Shown here piece after piece: positions 9,603-19,341 of a stretch of 64,000 nt of DNA. The notes beneath the pieces are model-generated. The model ran no database searches and was not told the DNA's origin. It worked only from the letters and a program-made list of their open reading frames with translations. The stretch spans positions 1 through 64,000 of the forward strand of contig CAZUBM010000009.1 in NCBI GenBank assembly GCA_964618805.1, read 5' to 3'. Numbering within the stretch: position 1 is the stretch's first letter; each line of letters opens with the position of its first letter. A program made the position numbers and the translations under genes. Source of the DNA: an uncultured Nitrososphaerota archaeon. Its GTDB lineage: Archaea > Korarchaeota > Korarchaeia > Korarchaeales > Korarchaeaceae.

Positions 9603-10273
9603 TGACAACAGAGGTAAAGTGGTCATCAGCTATTGATGAGTTCCTGAGGCAGAAGTTCAAAGAGCTCACCATAGAAAAGCTTAGGGAGGAGATATTTGCT
9701 AAGCACAGGACAAATGTTCCTGAATTGCTCATACTCTACAGAGCTGAGGAGTTAGGCCTTATAGACGAGGTGTTTAAGGAGTTAGAGAGGGGCAATAAGC
9801 CCCCTTATCTCAAGTCTCAGAGGGTTTGGCTTCAGGGCGCTGAGACCATAAGAGTAAAGGGTGATGTCAGAATACCTCCGAAGGAGGTAGTTCCATATAA
9901 CCTCATCGTTTGCGGGGATCTATTCACAAAGGAGGAGGTCGTCATCAGTGGTGGGATTCACGTTAAGGGAGATGCAGTTATAGGGCCCGAGAACGGGATA
10001 GGAAAGTCCTTAGTCGTTGAAGGAGATCTCCTCATAGGAAAAGATGCTCTTGTGGGAAATTGTGCTGACGCAAAGGGCTCCATATACGTGGCTAGAGGGG
10101 TTACTATCGGCATCTCCAAGGAGGGTGGTGGTTTGGTCTCAGGAAAAAAGGTGTACATGGAAAGACAGACCTTAGGGAAGACTAAGATATACGCAGCTGA
10201 GGGGATTAGGGTAGTGGACTCTCTAATGGAGGTACTGCCAGAGAAGTTCAGGGTGACATTCGCTTGGAGATAA
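9599..10273 (+). CDS. Beta-helix (bactofilin/polymer-forming-like) protein
   Basis: VKGDVRI, VCGDLFT, VKGDAVI and VEGDLLI repeats. ATGA overlap with the previous gene. Confidence 0.7.
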   Translation: MMTTEVKWSSAIDEFLRQKFKELTIEKLREEIFAKHRTNVPELLILYRAEELGLIDEVFKELERGNKPPYLKSQRVWLQGAETIRVKGDVRIPPKEVVPYNLIVCGDLFTKEEVVISGGIHVKGDAVIGPENGIGKSLVVEGDLLIGKDALVGNCADAKGSIYVARGVTIGISKEGGGLVSGKKVYMERQTLGKTKIYAAEGIRVVDSLMEVLPEKFRVTFAWR

Positions 10274-11040
10274 ATGATGAGCTAAGAAGGGCCTTTTGGG
10301 CTCCAGGTTTCCAGAGAGGTCACTTCTTCCTAGGTCTATTTATCTCAGCATTCATAACCTACCTCGTTGGGACGAACTTCTTAAGTTATTGGTGGTTTCA
10401 GGCGAGAATAATAGCGAGGCTTCTGGACATGGCTGGAGTTTCCTATCACCTCTTTGACATGGGAAGGGTCAGGTCTCTGTTCGAAGTGTTCCCATTAAGG
10501 TATACCGCTGGAGGACCGACGTTTGAGCTACCGGTTCCCTATCAAAGACCTGATCCTTCTACGGTAGTTTTCATCCTATTGAACCTCGCAATAGCTTCGT
10601 TCATAATCTGGAGGTTGAGAAAGATCCCCTTCCCTCTAAAGATACTCTGGTTCATAATAGTGCCTATGATGGGTGCGACCCTGCTTTACAACGCCTTCTG
10701 GGGAGTTCCTCACAGATTCACGTGGATAACAATCGATTGGACCTGTTCTGGTGTCTTGATGTTCGTGCTTATATCTGTAGCCTTTTTAATTGGTGTATTC
10801 GGTCTGAAGGGACCCCTCCATATAAAACTTTTCTGGATGGGACTTACCATGGTTTTCTCAATTGCGTGGAACGTAATAAGGCTGGCCTTCACCATAGCAA
10901 CCCTCTATCATATGGGAACCTTCGTTTTCGTACTGGTTCACTACCTAGCTGGCGCCTTCCTAGACTTCATCTACTTGGTGACCTTTGCAGGGCTCGCCAT
11001 AGGACAGCTCTCAGGCATTTACTCCGGGGAGGGTCCTTGA
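10264..11040 (+). CDS. Exosortase/archaeosortase-family transpeptidase
   Basis: Multi-TM protein with the catalytic triad motifs IDWTCSG (Cys), NVIRL (Arg) and VHY (His) in the family order. Confidence 0.8.
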   Translation: MEINDELRRAFWAPGFQRGHFFLGLFISAFITYLVGTNFLSYWWFQARIIARLLDMAGVSYHLFDMGRVRSLFEVFPLRYTAGGPTFELPVPYQRPDPSTVVFILLNLAIASFIIWRLRKIPFPLKILWFIIVPMMGATLLYNAFWGVPHRFTWITIDWTCSGVLMFVLISVAFLIGVFGLKGPLHIKLFWMGLTMVFSIAWNVIRLAFTIATLYHMGTFVFVLVHYLAGAFLDFIYLVTFAGLAIGQLSGIYSGEGP

Positions 11041-11160
11041 GATGTTGGCTCTAATTCCAGTTCATCTAAGGAGGCGTATTGGGCCTGTTGGAATAGCAGC
11101 CATAAGGTGGTGATTCCCATGAGAAATGATTATTACTCGGAGCATAGTGGTTCACCTGAC

Positions 11161-11772
11161 ATGAAGAAAGTATCTTATGCCCTCATAGTGCTGCTGCTCT
11201 CATTGACGGCAGGGCTCTCCCTCAGAATGGGTGCTCAAAAGCCTTCATCATCATCTGTGTCGGTAAGTCTCAACTTTATCATCGATCACAAGTACTCAGA
11301 GACCCACATCCACGTGAAGGTGGTTGGAGAGACCATAGTTTCGTCTGTGAAAAGCTTGCTTGGGGAGAAAGCTGAAGTTTTTCTATCTAAGGAAGCAGGG
11401 GTTCCGAAGGAGTTCGTTAAAGCGAGCTTTAGAGAAAAGGAGGCGGAAATATCGCTTGAGATCGTGGGATGTCCCCCTCCAAATGATGGGATAAATTTCG
11501 TCATTCAGAGCGACGTAGGCGAGGTTGTCTCAGCCTTCCTGGAAAAACTAGGACTTTCCGGGGTACCAGTGAACCTGTCGATCTTAATAAGCCTGCCAAA
11601 GGGAGCAGAAGTGAAGGAGCTTGAAGTTTCTCCAAGAAGTTCATTTAATGCTCAGGTGGAGGGATGCTCGATCATCATATCTTCAAAGTCCCCTCTCTCC
11701 ATGAGTAAAGGTTCACTCTCCTTGTACATAAGGTACTCGATGCCGGGGTCCAAGAGGATCCCAGGGGAGTAG
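11161..11772 (+). CDS. Secreted or membrane-anchored hypothetical protein
   Basis: MKKVSYALIVLLLSLTAG signal-like N-terminus from ATG 11161. The ORF track starts it at 11107. Confidence 0.65.
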   Translation: MKKVSYALIVLLLSLTAGLSLRMGAQKPSSSSVSVSLNFIIDHKYSETHIHVKVVGETIVSSVKSLLGEKAEVFLSKEAGVPKEFVKASFREKEAEISLEIVGCPPPNDGINFVIQSDVGEVVSAFLEKLGLSGVPVNLSILISLPKGAEVKELEVSPRSSFNAQVEGCSIIISSKSPLSMSKGSLSLYIRYSMPGSKRIPGE

Positions 11773-11778
11773 GTTGCC

Positions 11779-14700
11779 ATGAAGGCGAGAATTCTGTCAA
11801 TCTTGATCCTAGCTCCGCTGCTACTTAACGCCCTCTACGTACGGGAGATATCTGCCGCTACTTCCCCAGGTGGGCAGTGGTTGTGCGTTCAGGGCTCTGG
11901 CGCTCCAGCCCAGTTTGGGGACTATTACAGCGCCAGTGACGGGGGAAACACTTATTACTCCTTCTACATAGAGGTTCCTCCTGGAACCTCCGTTCTAGAC
12001 ATAGACATATTTGATCCAGATGTTGGGCTAGGGGGATCTGGGGAGGTACCGCTAAACAGGGACAGGCAGAGAGGGGGGTCTTGGGACACCTCAACGAAGT
12101 ACACGCTATACGATCCAAGCGGAACCGAAGTCGTATCTGTTATAGGTGATTCTACGGGCCCAGCAGGAAGCGATGGTGTATGGTGGGACTTCTACGAGGT
12201 TTCCAACCCTGCAAGCGGCATATGGGAGCTTAGAATCGACTCCTCCAGCGCAGTTACTACAGGAAACGACATAAACTACTTCGGACTGAGGGCAAACGGG
12301 CTGAACATTTACGCTTATAGGATAAGTGTTGGGACAAATCCTTCCCTCTCCAGAAAGTACGACCTATACCTATACGTTCACAAGGGCTGTCAGTTTAGCG
12401 TTAGGGAGTGGGACTGGGACTCCGATGCAAGAGGGAGCCAGGGTTTCATAAGGGTTACAAGCCCCTCTTACACATTCTCAGTGGAGTACGATGATTTGGA
12501 CCTCTCCCCAAATGCCGCTTGGAACTCCCACACGATCTCCGGTTGGACCTACGATAAGAAGTCCAATGATTACGGGCTGTGGCACTTTGAGGTTAACATA
12601 ACCTACTACGGCAGTGGGGGGAACTACGGTGTCGTCGAAGCCTATGACTTTGAGGGCCACCCCATCAAGATATACCTTCCATCTGACGCCGGAGGCACCC
12701 CATCAAAGCCCAGGCTATCCAAGGAGTGCACGGTAATACTGGGACCTGATCCTCCCGAGCTAGGAGTCACTAGCACGGTAGAGGTAAGGGTAAAGGCATC
12801 AAATCCAACCTCGCAGACGCTTAACAGCGTCTCCGTCGTCGACTATGTCTCGTTCGATGTCACATGGGAAGATGCCCTTATCACAACGCAGGGCACTGCC
12901 TCGTACGACCCAGATACCAGAAGAATAGACTGGAACGTTGGTTCCCTAGCTCCGGGCTCTTCTGCCGAGATGAGCTACAGGGTTTCCGTGACGCCAAGCT
13001 CAGGCGGTCAGCAGCTCTCAATAAACTTGCCACCAGGTCCTCAAGGGACTAAAGCCAGTTACACTTCCCCGATAACGGGCCTTTCTGAGACCATAGGCCC
13101 CATATGTAACCTGAAGCTCGCTTCATCTCCAGCAGAGATCAAGCAACTCTATTTGAGGGATGGTTACTTGCTAAAGACTTCAAAAGGAAGCTCTTTATTC
13201 AGTGAAAGTATACTTAATGGAGAATCCAGTGCATGGACCCAAACTCCTGCCTTTGCAGCCGATTTAAGCGTTGAAGGGGATATTACGGTTCTCCTGTACA
13301 TAGTTCCCCATCCGAGCTTCTTCTTCATTCTAGTTTTTTACCCGGACGTGAGGGTTACCATGTCTTATGAGGGGAACTCTTACACCAGCACAATCTATGA
13401 CATAACGTCGGCAGGATGGTACGCCTTCACCTTCTCCGGCATTGCCAACATTCCCCAGGGAAGTTCCATTACCCTAACTGTGGAAGTTTTGCCTGACGGG
13501 TTCTTCAACCGGAGACCTTGGGTGGAGGTCTACTATAACTCCCAGGCTTACGACTCCAAGATCGAAATACCTACCTCCTCCTACGTTGATGTGGAGTGGG
13601 TGAAGACCTACGACTCTTCTAATGTGGAGAGATCGACGTTCTCTACGGATGAAACTGTCGTTGTGAGGGCAAAGGTGAACGATCCTTTTGGATCTGGAGA
13701 CATTGCGGGAGCCTGGATCACTATATACTTCCCGGATCATACGAAGGCCGTCGATAACCAACTGATGAGCGTAGAAACAGTGGATCCGAGCACTCCCTCC
13801 CTCTACAAGATCTTTAGATACGATTATTCCATACCTCTGACAGCACCAACTGGCACGTACCTCATAGTCGTGGTGGCCAACGAGACAAACGGGGTCTTCA
13901 GCTCCCACTCGACGACCATCATGGTAGTCTTAGGAGGAGTTATGTTCGAGCCAAACCAGTCGTTTTCAGCACCAGCTGGCTCAAACGTAACCTACAACAT
14001 TTACGTGTTTAATACTAGACAGGCTAGCGACATATTTGACCTTGAAGAGAGGGCAAACCAGACGGTTGGCGTCGACATCTGGCTAGATGTGGACTGGTTG
14101 GGAGGAGGGGACGTGCATATAGCCTACGATGCCGACGGGGATGGCGTGTGGGAAGCTGTCTACACCGATGCAAATGCAAACGGAAAGCCCGACGTTAGCG
14201 TAGCTTCTAACTCAAACGTTACCTTGATAGTGACTGTAGTGCTTCCATCTACCATATCCGGCTCCGTCCAAGTTAACATGACGGCGACCAGTTCCAGTAC
14301 ATCAGCCCAGGACTTCGTGCTCATGAGCACGAAGGTAGATAACTCGTTGCCCTGGCCCTCTAACTGGTTCCAGCTTGGATCTGATCCTATTAAAGAGGTT
14401 TCTCCGGCATGCGTCGATGACAAGGCCATGTACTCCACCTACAACGACACGTGCGTCTTCTTCAGGCTTGCTGAGACATCTCAACCGGACCCAAGCTCAT
14501 ACTTGTATGAGGTCCTCCTCGACACAAGGGCGGGAGGCGTTAACATAGGAGGAATAGGCTACGACTACAAGCTGAGTTCAGACGGCAAACTCTACGAGTG
14601 GAACGGAGCTTCCTGGGTCGTGATCTCGGACACTTACTTCCAGGTCTCGGGGACCAGCATAGTCATGTGGGCTAAGATAAGCGATATTGAGGTGGAGTAC

Positions 14701-14868
14701 CAGGACGTTTACATCTTGGTCAGAACTTATGAGGGAGCAGTCCTGAAGGACGAAAAGGGCCCATACATGATAAGCAGGACTCTCATCTCTGAAATGCCTG
14801 TCTTCATGGTTCCTATCCTAGCATTTCTCCTGTTATTATACATGGCTCTTAAGAGGCGTGCTTCATGA
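11779..14868 (+). CDS. Large cell-surface glycoprotein (DUF11/Ig-like domains) with a C-terminal sorting signal
   Basis: Signal peptide, S/T/G/D-rich beta domains, DUF11-like WNVGSLAPGSSAEMSYRV, DADGDG/DANANG Ca-binding-like loops, and tail ISEMP + TM + KRRAS. Confidence 0.85.
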   Translation: MKARILSILILAPLLLNALYVREISAATSPGGQWLCVQGSGAPAQFGDYYSASDGGNTYYSFYIEVPPGTSVLDIDIFDPDVGLGGSGEVPLNRDRQRGGSWDTSTKYTLYDPSGTEVVSVIGDSTGPAGSDGVWWDFYEVSNPASGIWELRIDSSSAVTTGNDINYFGLRANGLNIYAYRISVGTNPSLSRKYDLYLYVHKGCQFSVREWDWDSDARGSQGFIRVTSPSYTFSVEYDDLDLSPNAAWNSHTISGWTYDKKSNDYGLWHFEVNITYYGSGGNYGVVEAYDFEGHPIKIYLPSDAGGTPSKPRLSKECTVILGPDPPELGVTSTVEVRVKASNPTSQTLNSVSVVDYVSFDVTWEDALITTQGTASYDPDTRRIDWNVGSLAPGSSAEMSYRVSVTPSSGGQQLSINLPPGPQGTKASYTSPITGLSETIGPICNLKLASSPAEIKQLYLRDGYLLKTSKGSSLFSESILNGESSAWTQTPAFAADLSVEGDITVLLYIVPHPSFFFILVFYPDVRVTMSYEGNSYTSTIYDITSAGWYAFTFSGIANIPQGSSITLTVEVLPDGFFNRRPWVEVYYNSQAYDSKIEIPTSSYVDVEWVKTYDSSNVERSTFSTDETVVVRAKVNDPFGSGDIAGAWITIYFPDHTKAVDNQLMSVETVDPSTPSLYKIFRYDYSIPLTAPTGTYLIVVVANETNGVFSSHSTTIMVVLGGVMFEPNQSFSAPAGSNVTYNIYVFNTRQASDIFDLEERANQTVGVDIWLDVDWLGGGDVHIAYDADGDGVWEAVYTDANANGKPDVSVASNSNVTLIVTVVLPSTISGSVQVNMTATSSSTSAQDFVLMSTKVDNSLPWPSNWFQLGSDPIKEVSPACVDDKAMYSTYNDTCVFFRLAETSQPDPSSYLYEVLLDTRAGGVNIGGIGYDYKLSSDGKLYEWNGASWVVISDTYFQVSGTSIVMWAKISDIEVEYQDVYILVRTYEGAVLKDEKGPYMISRTLISEMPVFMVPILAFLLLLYMALKRRAS

Positions 14869-15548
14869 TCTCGGTCATAGTACCGGCTTATAACGAGGAA
14901 AAAACCATAAAGGAATGCTTCAAAAGGATTTACAGCGTGTTGAAGAATAATGGACATGAGTTTGAGGTCCTGCTCGAGCAGGACGGAAGCTCCGATCAAA
15001 CACCCCACATTATAGAGGAGCTCTCGAGGAAATTCGAGAACGTAGAAGCTATTGGCTTCCTCAAGAGGAGAGGCAAGGGGTTTGGGATAAGGAAGTGCCT
15101 TGAAAGGGCAAGAGGGGAAATAATCGTCTTGATAGATGCGGATCTGGAGTACCCCCCCGAGAAGATCCCTGAGATGGTTGAGATCATCTCAAGGGGGGAG
15201 GCAGATATAGTCGTGGCCAAGAGGGTTAATTCAAGAAGATCCTTTGTTAGAAGTTTTCTCAGCTCCATTTACAGGTTTATCCTACTAGTTCTCTTTGGAA
15301 AAAACTTCCATGATCCCCAATCTGGCCTAAAGGCCATGAGACGGGAAGTGATAGATGAAATTTGGCCAATAGCATCTAATGGTTTCGAGATAGACGCTGA
15401 AATTCTAATAAAAGCCTACAATAATGGGTTTAAGATCTCATACGTTCCTGTAAAGTACACTTACAGGAGGGAGTCTAGGGTCAGCATTCTAAAGGATCCT
15501 TTGAAGATGCTATCCTCTCTGATAAAGTGGCGTTTACATGGAGGTTGA
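14865..15548 (+). CDS. Polyprenol/dolichol-phosphate hexose synthase (DPM1-like GT2)
   Basis: VPAYNEE, DGSSD, GKG, DADL, DPQSG and FEIDAE motifs. No C-terminal TM. Confidence 0.88.
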   Translation: MISVIVPAYNEEKTIKECFKRIYSVLKNNGHEFEVLLEQDGSSDQTPHIIEELSRKFENVEAIGFLKRRGKGFGIRKCLERARGEIIVLIDADLEYPPEKIPEMVEIISRGEADIVVAKRVNSRRSFVRSFLSSIYRFILLVLFGKNFHDPQSGLKAMRREVIDEIWPIASNGFEIDAEILIKAYNNGFKISYVPVKYTYRRESRVSILKDPLKMLSSLIKWRLHGG

Positions 15549-15575
15549 AGAGGTTTCCTAGCCGGAGGGATCGAA

Positions 15576-18107
15576 TTGAGGTCGAGAAGGCTTGGAGAGA
15601 TTATCTTAGCGCTACTATCTTTCTTAATCTCAGCCATTAGCTCGGCTTTCATATTTCAGGGAGTGCCAAGATACGCCCCATGGGAAGGGTCTCCTCTCAT
15701 GCACATGTCTCTCGTCAACAGGATCATGAAGTACCTCCCTGGGCTTCCTCGTTGGAACGACGGTTGGTTCTTCGGCAGTCCTGCACTAAGGTTTTATCCT
15801 CCCTTCTCGCACATAGCGATGGCCTTCATTGGATGGATCCTTAGAATTCCAGTTTTCCAAGCCTACAGAGTTTACACTTGCCTCTTCTTCGGCTTAGGAT
15901 CTGCCTTCCTCTACCTACTAGCAAGGAAGCTTGGATTAGGTAAGGCTGGAGCTCTTGCATCCTCAATCCTGTTCTCATCATCGTACAATTTGTACTCTTT
16001 TTGGAATGTTGGAGCCATTCCTATGATTACCGGGGTTTTCCTATTCATAGGGACTTTTTACTTCTTCCTTAGAGCTGTTGAATTGCAATCAACCATTGAT
16101 ATGTTGATAAGCGGTGCCCTCTTCGCTGCCACATCCTTATCCCACTTCCATAATGCTTTTATCTCAGTTCTCTTGCTTTCAATTTTCTCTATTCTAATGG
16201 TACTAATGAAGCCAGAGCTCTTCATCAAAATCAAGCCTGGGACAAAACTCCCTGAGTACACGCTTCGTTTGCCAAAAGCTCTCGCAGGAATGGTGGTCGT
16301 TGGGTTTGGGTTATCTGCTTGGTGGTGGATTCCTTTCTTCATAGAAGGAGGTTATTCTCATGTTACTCGAGGTTGGCAGATGGGAATACTACCTTCTGGT
16401 GGTTTTCCAGAAGTTGAAGTGATTTATAACTACATGAAGATGCTATTTGGACTTAAATATGAGCGAAATTTATTTTCTCCTGGTATTGGCCATGTCTTTC
16501 TAGGTTTCCTTGGTCTTCCAATCCTAGTTAAGGATGATAAGGTGGATTACATCAAGCTTTCTGCAGCTGGCTTTGTAATTAGTCTTGTGGCCTTGTTTTT
16601 CCCAATCCTTAGGATTTCTTTCCCTCTTCCCAGCAGATTCTCCCCATATCTCTCTTTGTTTGCTTCTATCGTAGGGGGATACTTTATGCAGAGGTGTTTC
16701 ACCTCTGGAAGAAAATTGATAGTTATACTCTCCCTACTACTGCTTGCAACAGCCTCAATTAGTATGAGAGAGGTCTTCATCAACATAGCACCAAGCCACA
16801 GGTTGTTGGAATCAGAAATCCCACCCGAGATGCTTTGGTTGAGAGAAAACTCTAGAAAAGGGGAGAGGCTTGCTACGGAGATGATAGAGTGGATCTGGAG
16901 ATTAGACCTTTACACTGATTTAGGATTAAGCAGCGGAGCCACCCATATAGCTATGACAAACGACTTTGCTTACACCTTCTGGTATTACCTCCTTTCTCTG
17001 TCAGATCCCTCCTACCTAGATTACTTTTCAAAACAATATAATGTGAGGTTCCTGTACAATCCGAGGTTTAGTGAGGGTCTTAAGAGGGTTTCAGACTTCT
17101 TCTTTCTTTACGAGGTTGAGGGCTTTGACTCCTCTTTGGTTGAGTTAGTAGGACCAGAAACTGTGAAAGTTCTTGTATTTGGAAGCTATGCGGACTATCA
17201 ACGGATTTTTTCTGCCATATCTCCAACAGGAGCCAAGGACATCCTCTTGGCTTATGGAGGGGAATACGTCGATGCTCAATCTGCAGAGAACCTCTCGAAG
17301 TTTGATGTTCTCTACCTCTTTGGAATAAGATACCTGAGCAAAGATGCTTATTACAACGAGATCAGGGAGTATGTGAAAGAAGGGGGCTCTGTAATAATTG
17401 ACACAGGAGACTTACTTCATGGAGGTGCTTCATCCGATCTTGAGGGACCTTTCCCCATAACCGAATGTTGGATCAGAAATAGCCAATTTAACATAAACTT
17501 AGTGAGAAATTGGACCTCAAAGCCCATCAACGCTGCTTTATTCACAAAAGGAGAGTACGGAGTTTCCTATGCTGTAAATGAAAGCCTGAGTTCAGGGGCA
17601 ATTCCCCTGATTTACGACGAAGATAAGGCAATCTTGGCTGCTCTTATTGAATATGGAAAGGGAAAGGTGCTGTGGACTGGTCTAAACCTTCCTTATCATG
17701 CGGTATTTCACCTTAACCATGAAGAGTCCTTATTGCTTGAAGAGATGATTAGGGCAGTGTCTAGTCCAGGCTCAAGAACAAAGGGGTCCCTGAGCTTTGA
17801 GTATCTTATGCCAGAAGAGTTGTTGATAGGTGTAAGGGAAGCGCAAACTGGAGACGGCATCTTCGTAAAGATCAGCTACTATAAAGGGTGGTCTGCCTAT
17901 CTCGACGGGAAATCGCTTAAGGTCTTTAAGGCTGGCCCAGGCATGATGTTGATATTTCCAGAGAGCTCCGGGAACTTTAATGTAAAGGTCAAGTTTGAGA
18001 AAACAGATTATGTTACTTTAAGTGAGGGTCTAACTATTGCAAGCACGATCATCTCGCTACCAGCGGCTATCTATGTTGATTTTAGAAGGAGAAGGGTTGA
18101 AGTATGA
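15576..18107 (+). CDS. Multi-pass membrane protein, PTPS-related/YfhO-like (putative GT-C glycosyltransferase)
   Basis: PRWNDGWFFGSPALRFYPP motif, many TMs, an extracellular domain and a YfhO-like YYKGWSAYLDG C-terminus. Confidence 0.75.
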   Translation: MRSRRLGEIILALLSFLISAISSAFIFQGVPRYAPWEGSPLMHMSLVNRIMKYLPGLPRWNDGWFFGSPALRFYPPFSHIAMAFIGWILRIPVFQAYRVYTCLFFGLGSAFLYLLARKLGLGKAGALASSILFSSSYNLYSFWNVGAIPMITGVFLFIGTFYFFLRAVELQSTIDMLISGALFAATSLSHFHNAFISVLLLSIFSILMVLMKPELFIKIKPGTKLPEYTLRLPKALAGMVVVGFGLSAWWWIPFFIEGGYSHVTRGWQMGILPSGGFPEVEVIYNYMKMLFGLKYERNLFSPGIGHVFLGFLGLPILVKDDKVDYIKLSAAGFVISLVALFFPILRISFPLPSRFSPYLSLFASIVGGYFMQRCFTSGRKLIVILSLLLLATASISMREVFINIAPSHRLLESEIPPEMLWLRENSRKGERLATEMIEWIWRLDLYTDLGLSSGATHIAMTNDFAYTFWYYLLSLSDPSYLDYFSKQYNVRFLYNPRFSEGLKRVSDFFFLYEVEGFDSSLVELVGPETVKVLVFGSYADYQRIFSAISPTGAKDILLAYGGEYVDAQSAENLSKFDVLYLFGIRYLSKDAYYNEIREYVKEGGSVIIDTGDLLHGGASSDLEGPFPITECWIRNSQFNINLVRNWTSKPINAALFTKGEYGVSYAVNESLSSGAIPLIYDEDKAILAALIEYGKGKVLWTGLNLPYHAVFHLNHEESLLLEEMIRAVSSPGSRTKGSLSFEYLMPEELLIGVREAQTGDGIFVKISYYKGWSAYLDGKSLKVFKAGPGMMLIFPESSGNFNVKVKFEKTDYVTLSEGLTIASTIISLPAAIYVDFRRRRVEV

Positions 18108-19186
18108 GGATAGTACACGTAACACCATATTTCGTGCCTGAAGTAAACGCTGGAGTTGAAATTCATGTCTACGAACTCTGTCAACAACTTCTAAGGATGG
18201 GACATGAGCCAGTTGTTTACACTTGCAGCAAGGTCCCAAGCGAAGTTGATGGGATTGAAGTTCGCACATTCTCCTCTTTCAAACCCCTTCCACAAATTCC
18301 GAATCCTTGTCCTTTCCCCAGATTCTTCTTTGAGTTAAGCAAGGAGCATGATGTTATCCATGTACATGGTCAAGAATATGTGACCTCCTTCATAGCTGCC
18401 CTTGCTTCGAAGAAAGGCAGAATTCCATTAGTTTTAACCGCCCACAATGTAGGTAGAAGCTTTCAAGAAAGATGGTACATAAGGATTTTGAGGCCACTTA
18501 TGTATCGCAGTATCTTCGGTTACGTTATAACATCTGCAGACGCAGCCGTGGCCCCTACCGAAGAAGCGTTTGAAATACTAAGCAAATTCCGCAAAGAAGG
18601 GATTGTAACAATTCCTCACGGAATCAGATGCTACTCAGTTCAAGAAAATTCAGAAGGCAATTATATCCTTTATCTAGGAAGGCTTTTGCCTGTAAAGGGG
18701 CCCGAAACCTTCATAAAGGCAATTCCCCTGGTTCTCAGCCAGGTTAAGGTAAAATTTGTGATTGCCGGTGGGGGACCTCAACTTAAGCCCCTTAAAAAAC
18801 TAGCCAGAGACATTGGAATCCTAGATTTTGTAGAATTCATTGGTCCAGTATCAAGAGAGGAGGGCCTGAATCTAATTAGAGGAGCTTCCGTTTTTGTTGC
18901 GCCTGGTAATGCTGGATATAGTTTGCTTGATGCCGCGTGTATTGGAAAGCCGATTGTTAGCGCAAATCAGAAGTGGAATATCTCATGTATAGGGTCGAAA
19001 TCAGCAATATATGTTAGCACGGGGGATGTCAAAGGATTTGCAGGCGCAATCGTTAGGCTTCTTACAGACAAAGAGCTAGCTAGGAAATTTGCTAGGGAAG
19101 CACGAAGTTATGTAAAAGCTTTCAGAGATATTGGGAAAGTTGCTGAGATCTATGTATCAATATATGAGTCCCTTATTCATAGGTAA
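18104..19186 (+). CDS. GT4 glycosyltransferase
   Basis: GT-B fold motifs YLGRLLPVKG and GGGP. The usual ExxxxxxxE motif is degenerate. Confidence 0.88.
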   Translation: MRIVHVTPYFVPEVNAGVEIHVYELCQQLLRMGHEPVVYTCSKVPSEVDGIEVRTFSSFKPLPQIPNPCPFPRFFFELSKEHDVIHVHGQEYVTSFIAALASKKGRIPLVLTAHNVGRSFQERWYIRILRPLMYRSIFGYVITSADAAVAPTEEAFEILSKFRKEGIVTIPHGIRCYSVQENSEGNYILYLGRLLPVKGPETFIKAIPLVLSQVKVKFVIAGGGPQLKPLKKLARDIGILDFVEFIGPVSREEGLNLIRGASVFVAPGNAGYSLLDAACIGKPIVSANQKWNISCIGSKSAIYVSTGDVKGFAGAIVRLLTDKELARKFAREARSYVKAFRDIGKVAEIYVSIYESLIHR

Positions 19187-19341
19187 TCCTTGTATTATAG
19201 AAGCTTTCTTTCTGGTTTTCAAGTGTACCACTAAAGAACTAAAGAAGTGAACTGGTATTTTAACGTGGCCATTAACGATTAATTCAGTAAATTGATGACA
19301 TTAGCTAGCCTAATTCCCATCATTGCTCTAAGCTGGAAGAA

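Noticed and set aside
11041-11113. 23-codon ORF or weak hairpin between the sortase and the next gene
   Set aside because: Too short, with no recognisable motif and poor pairing.
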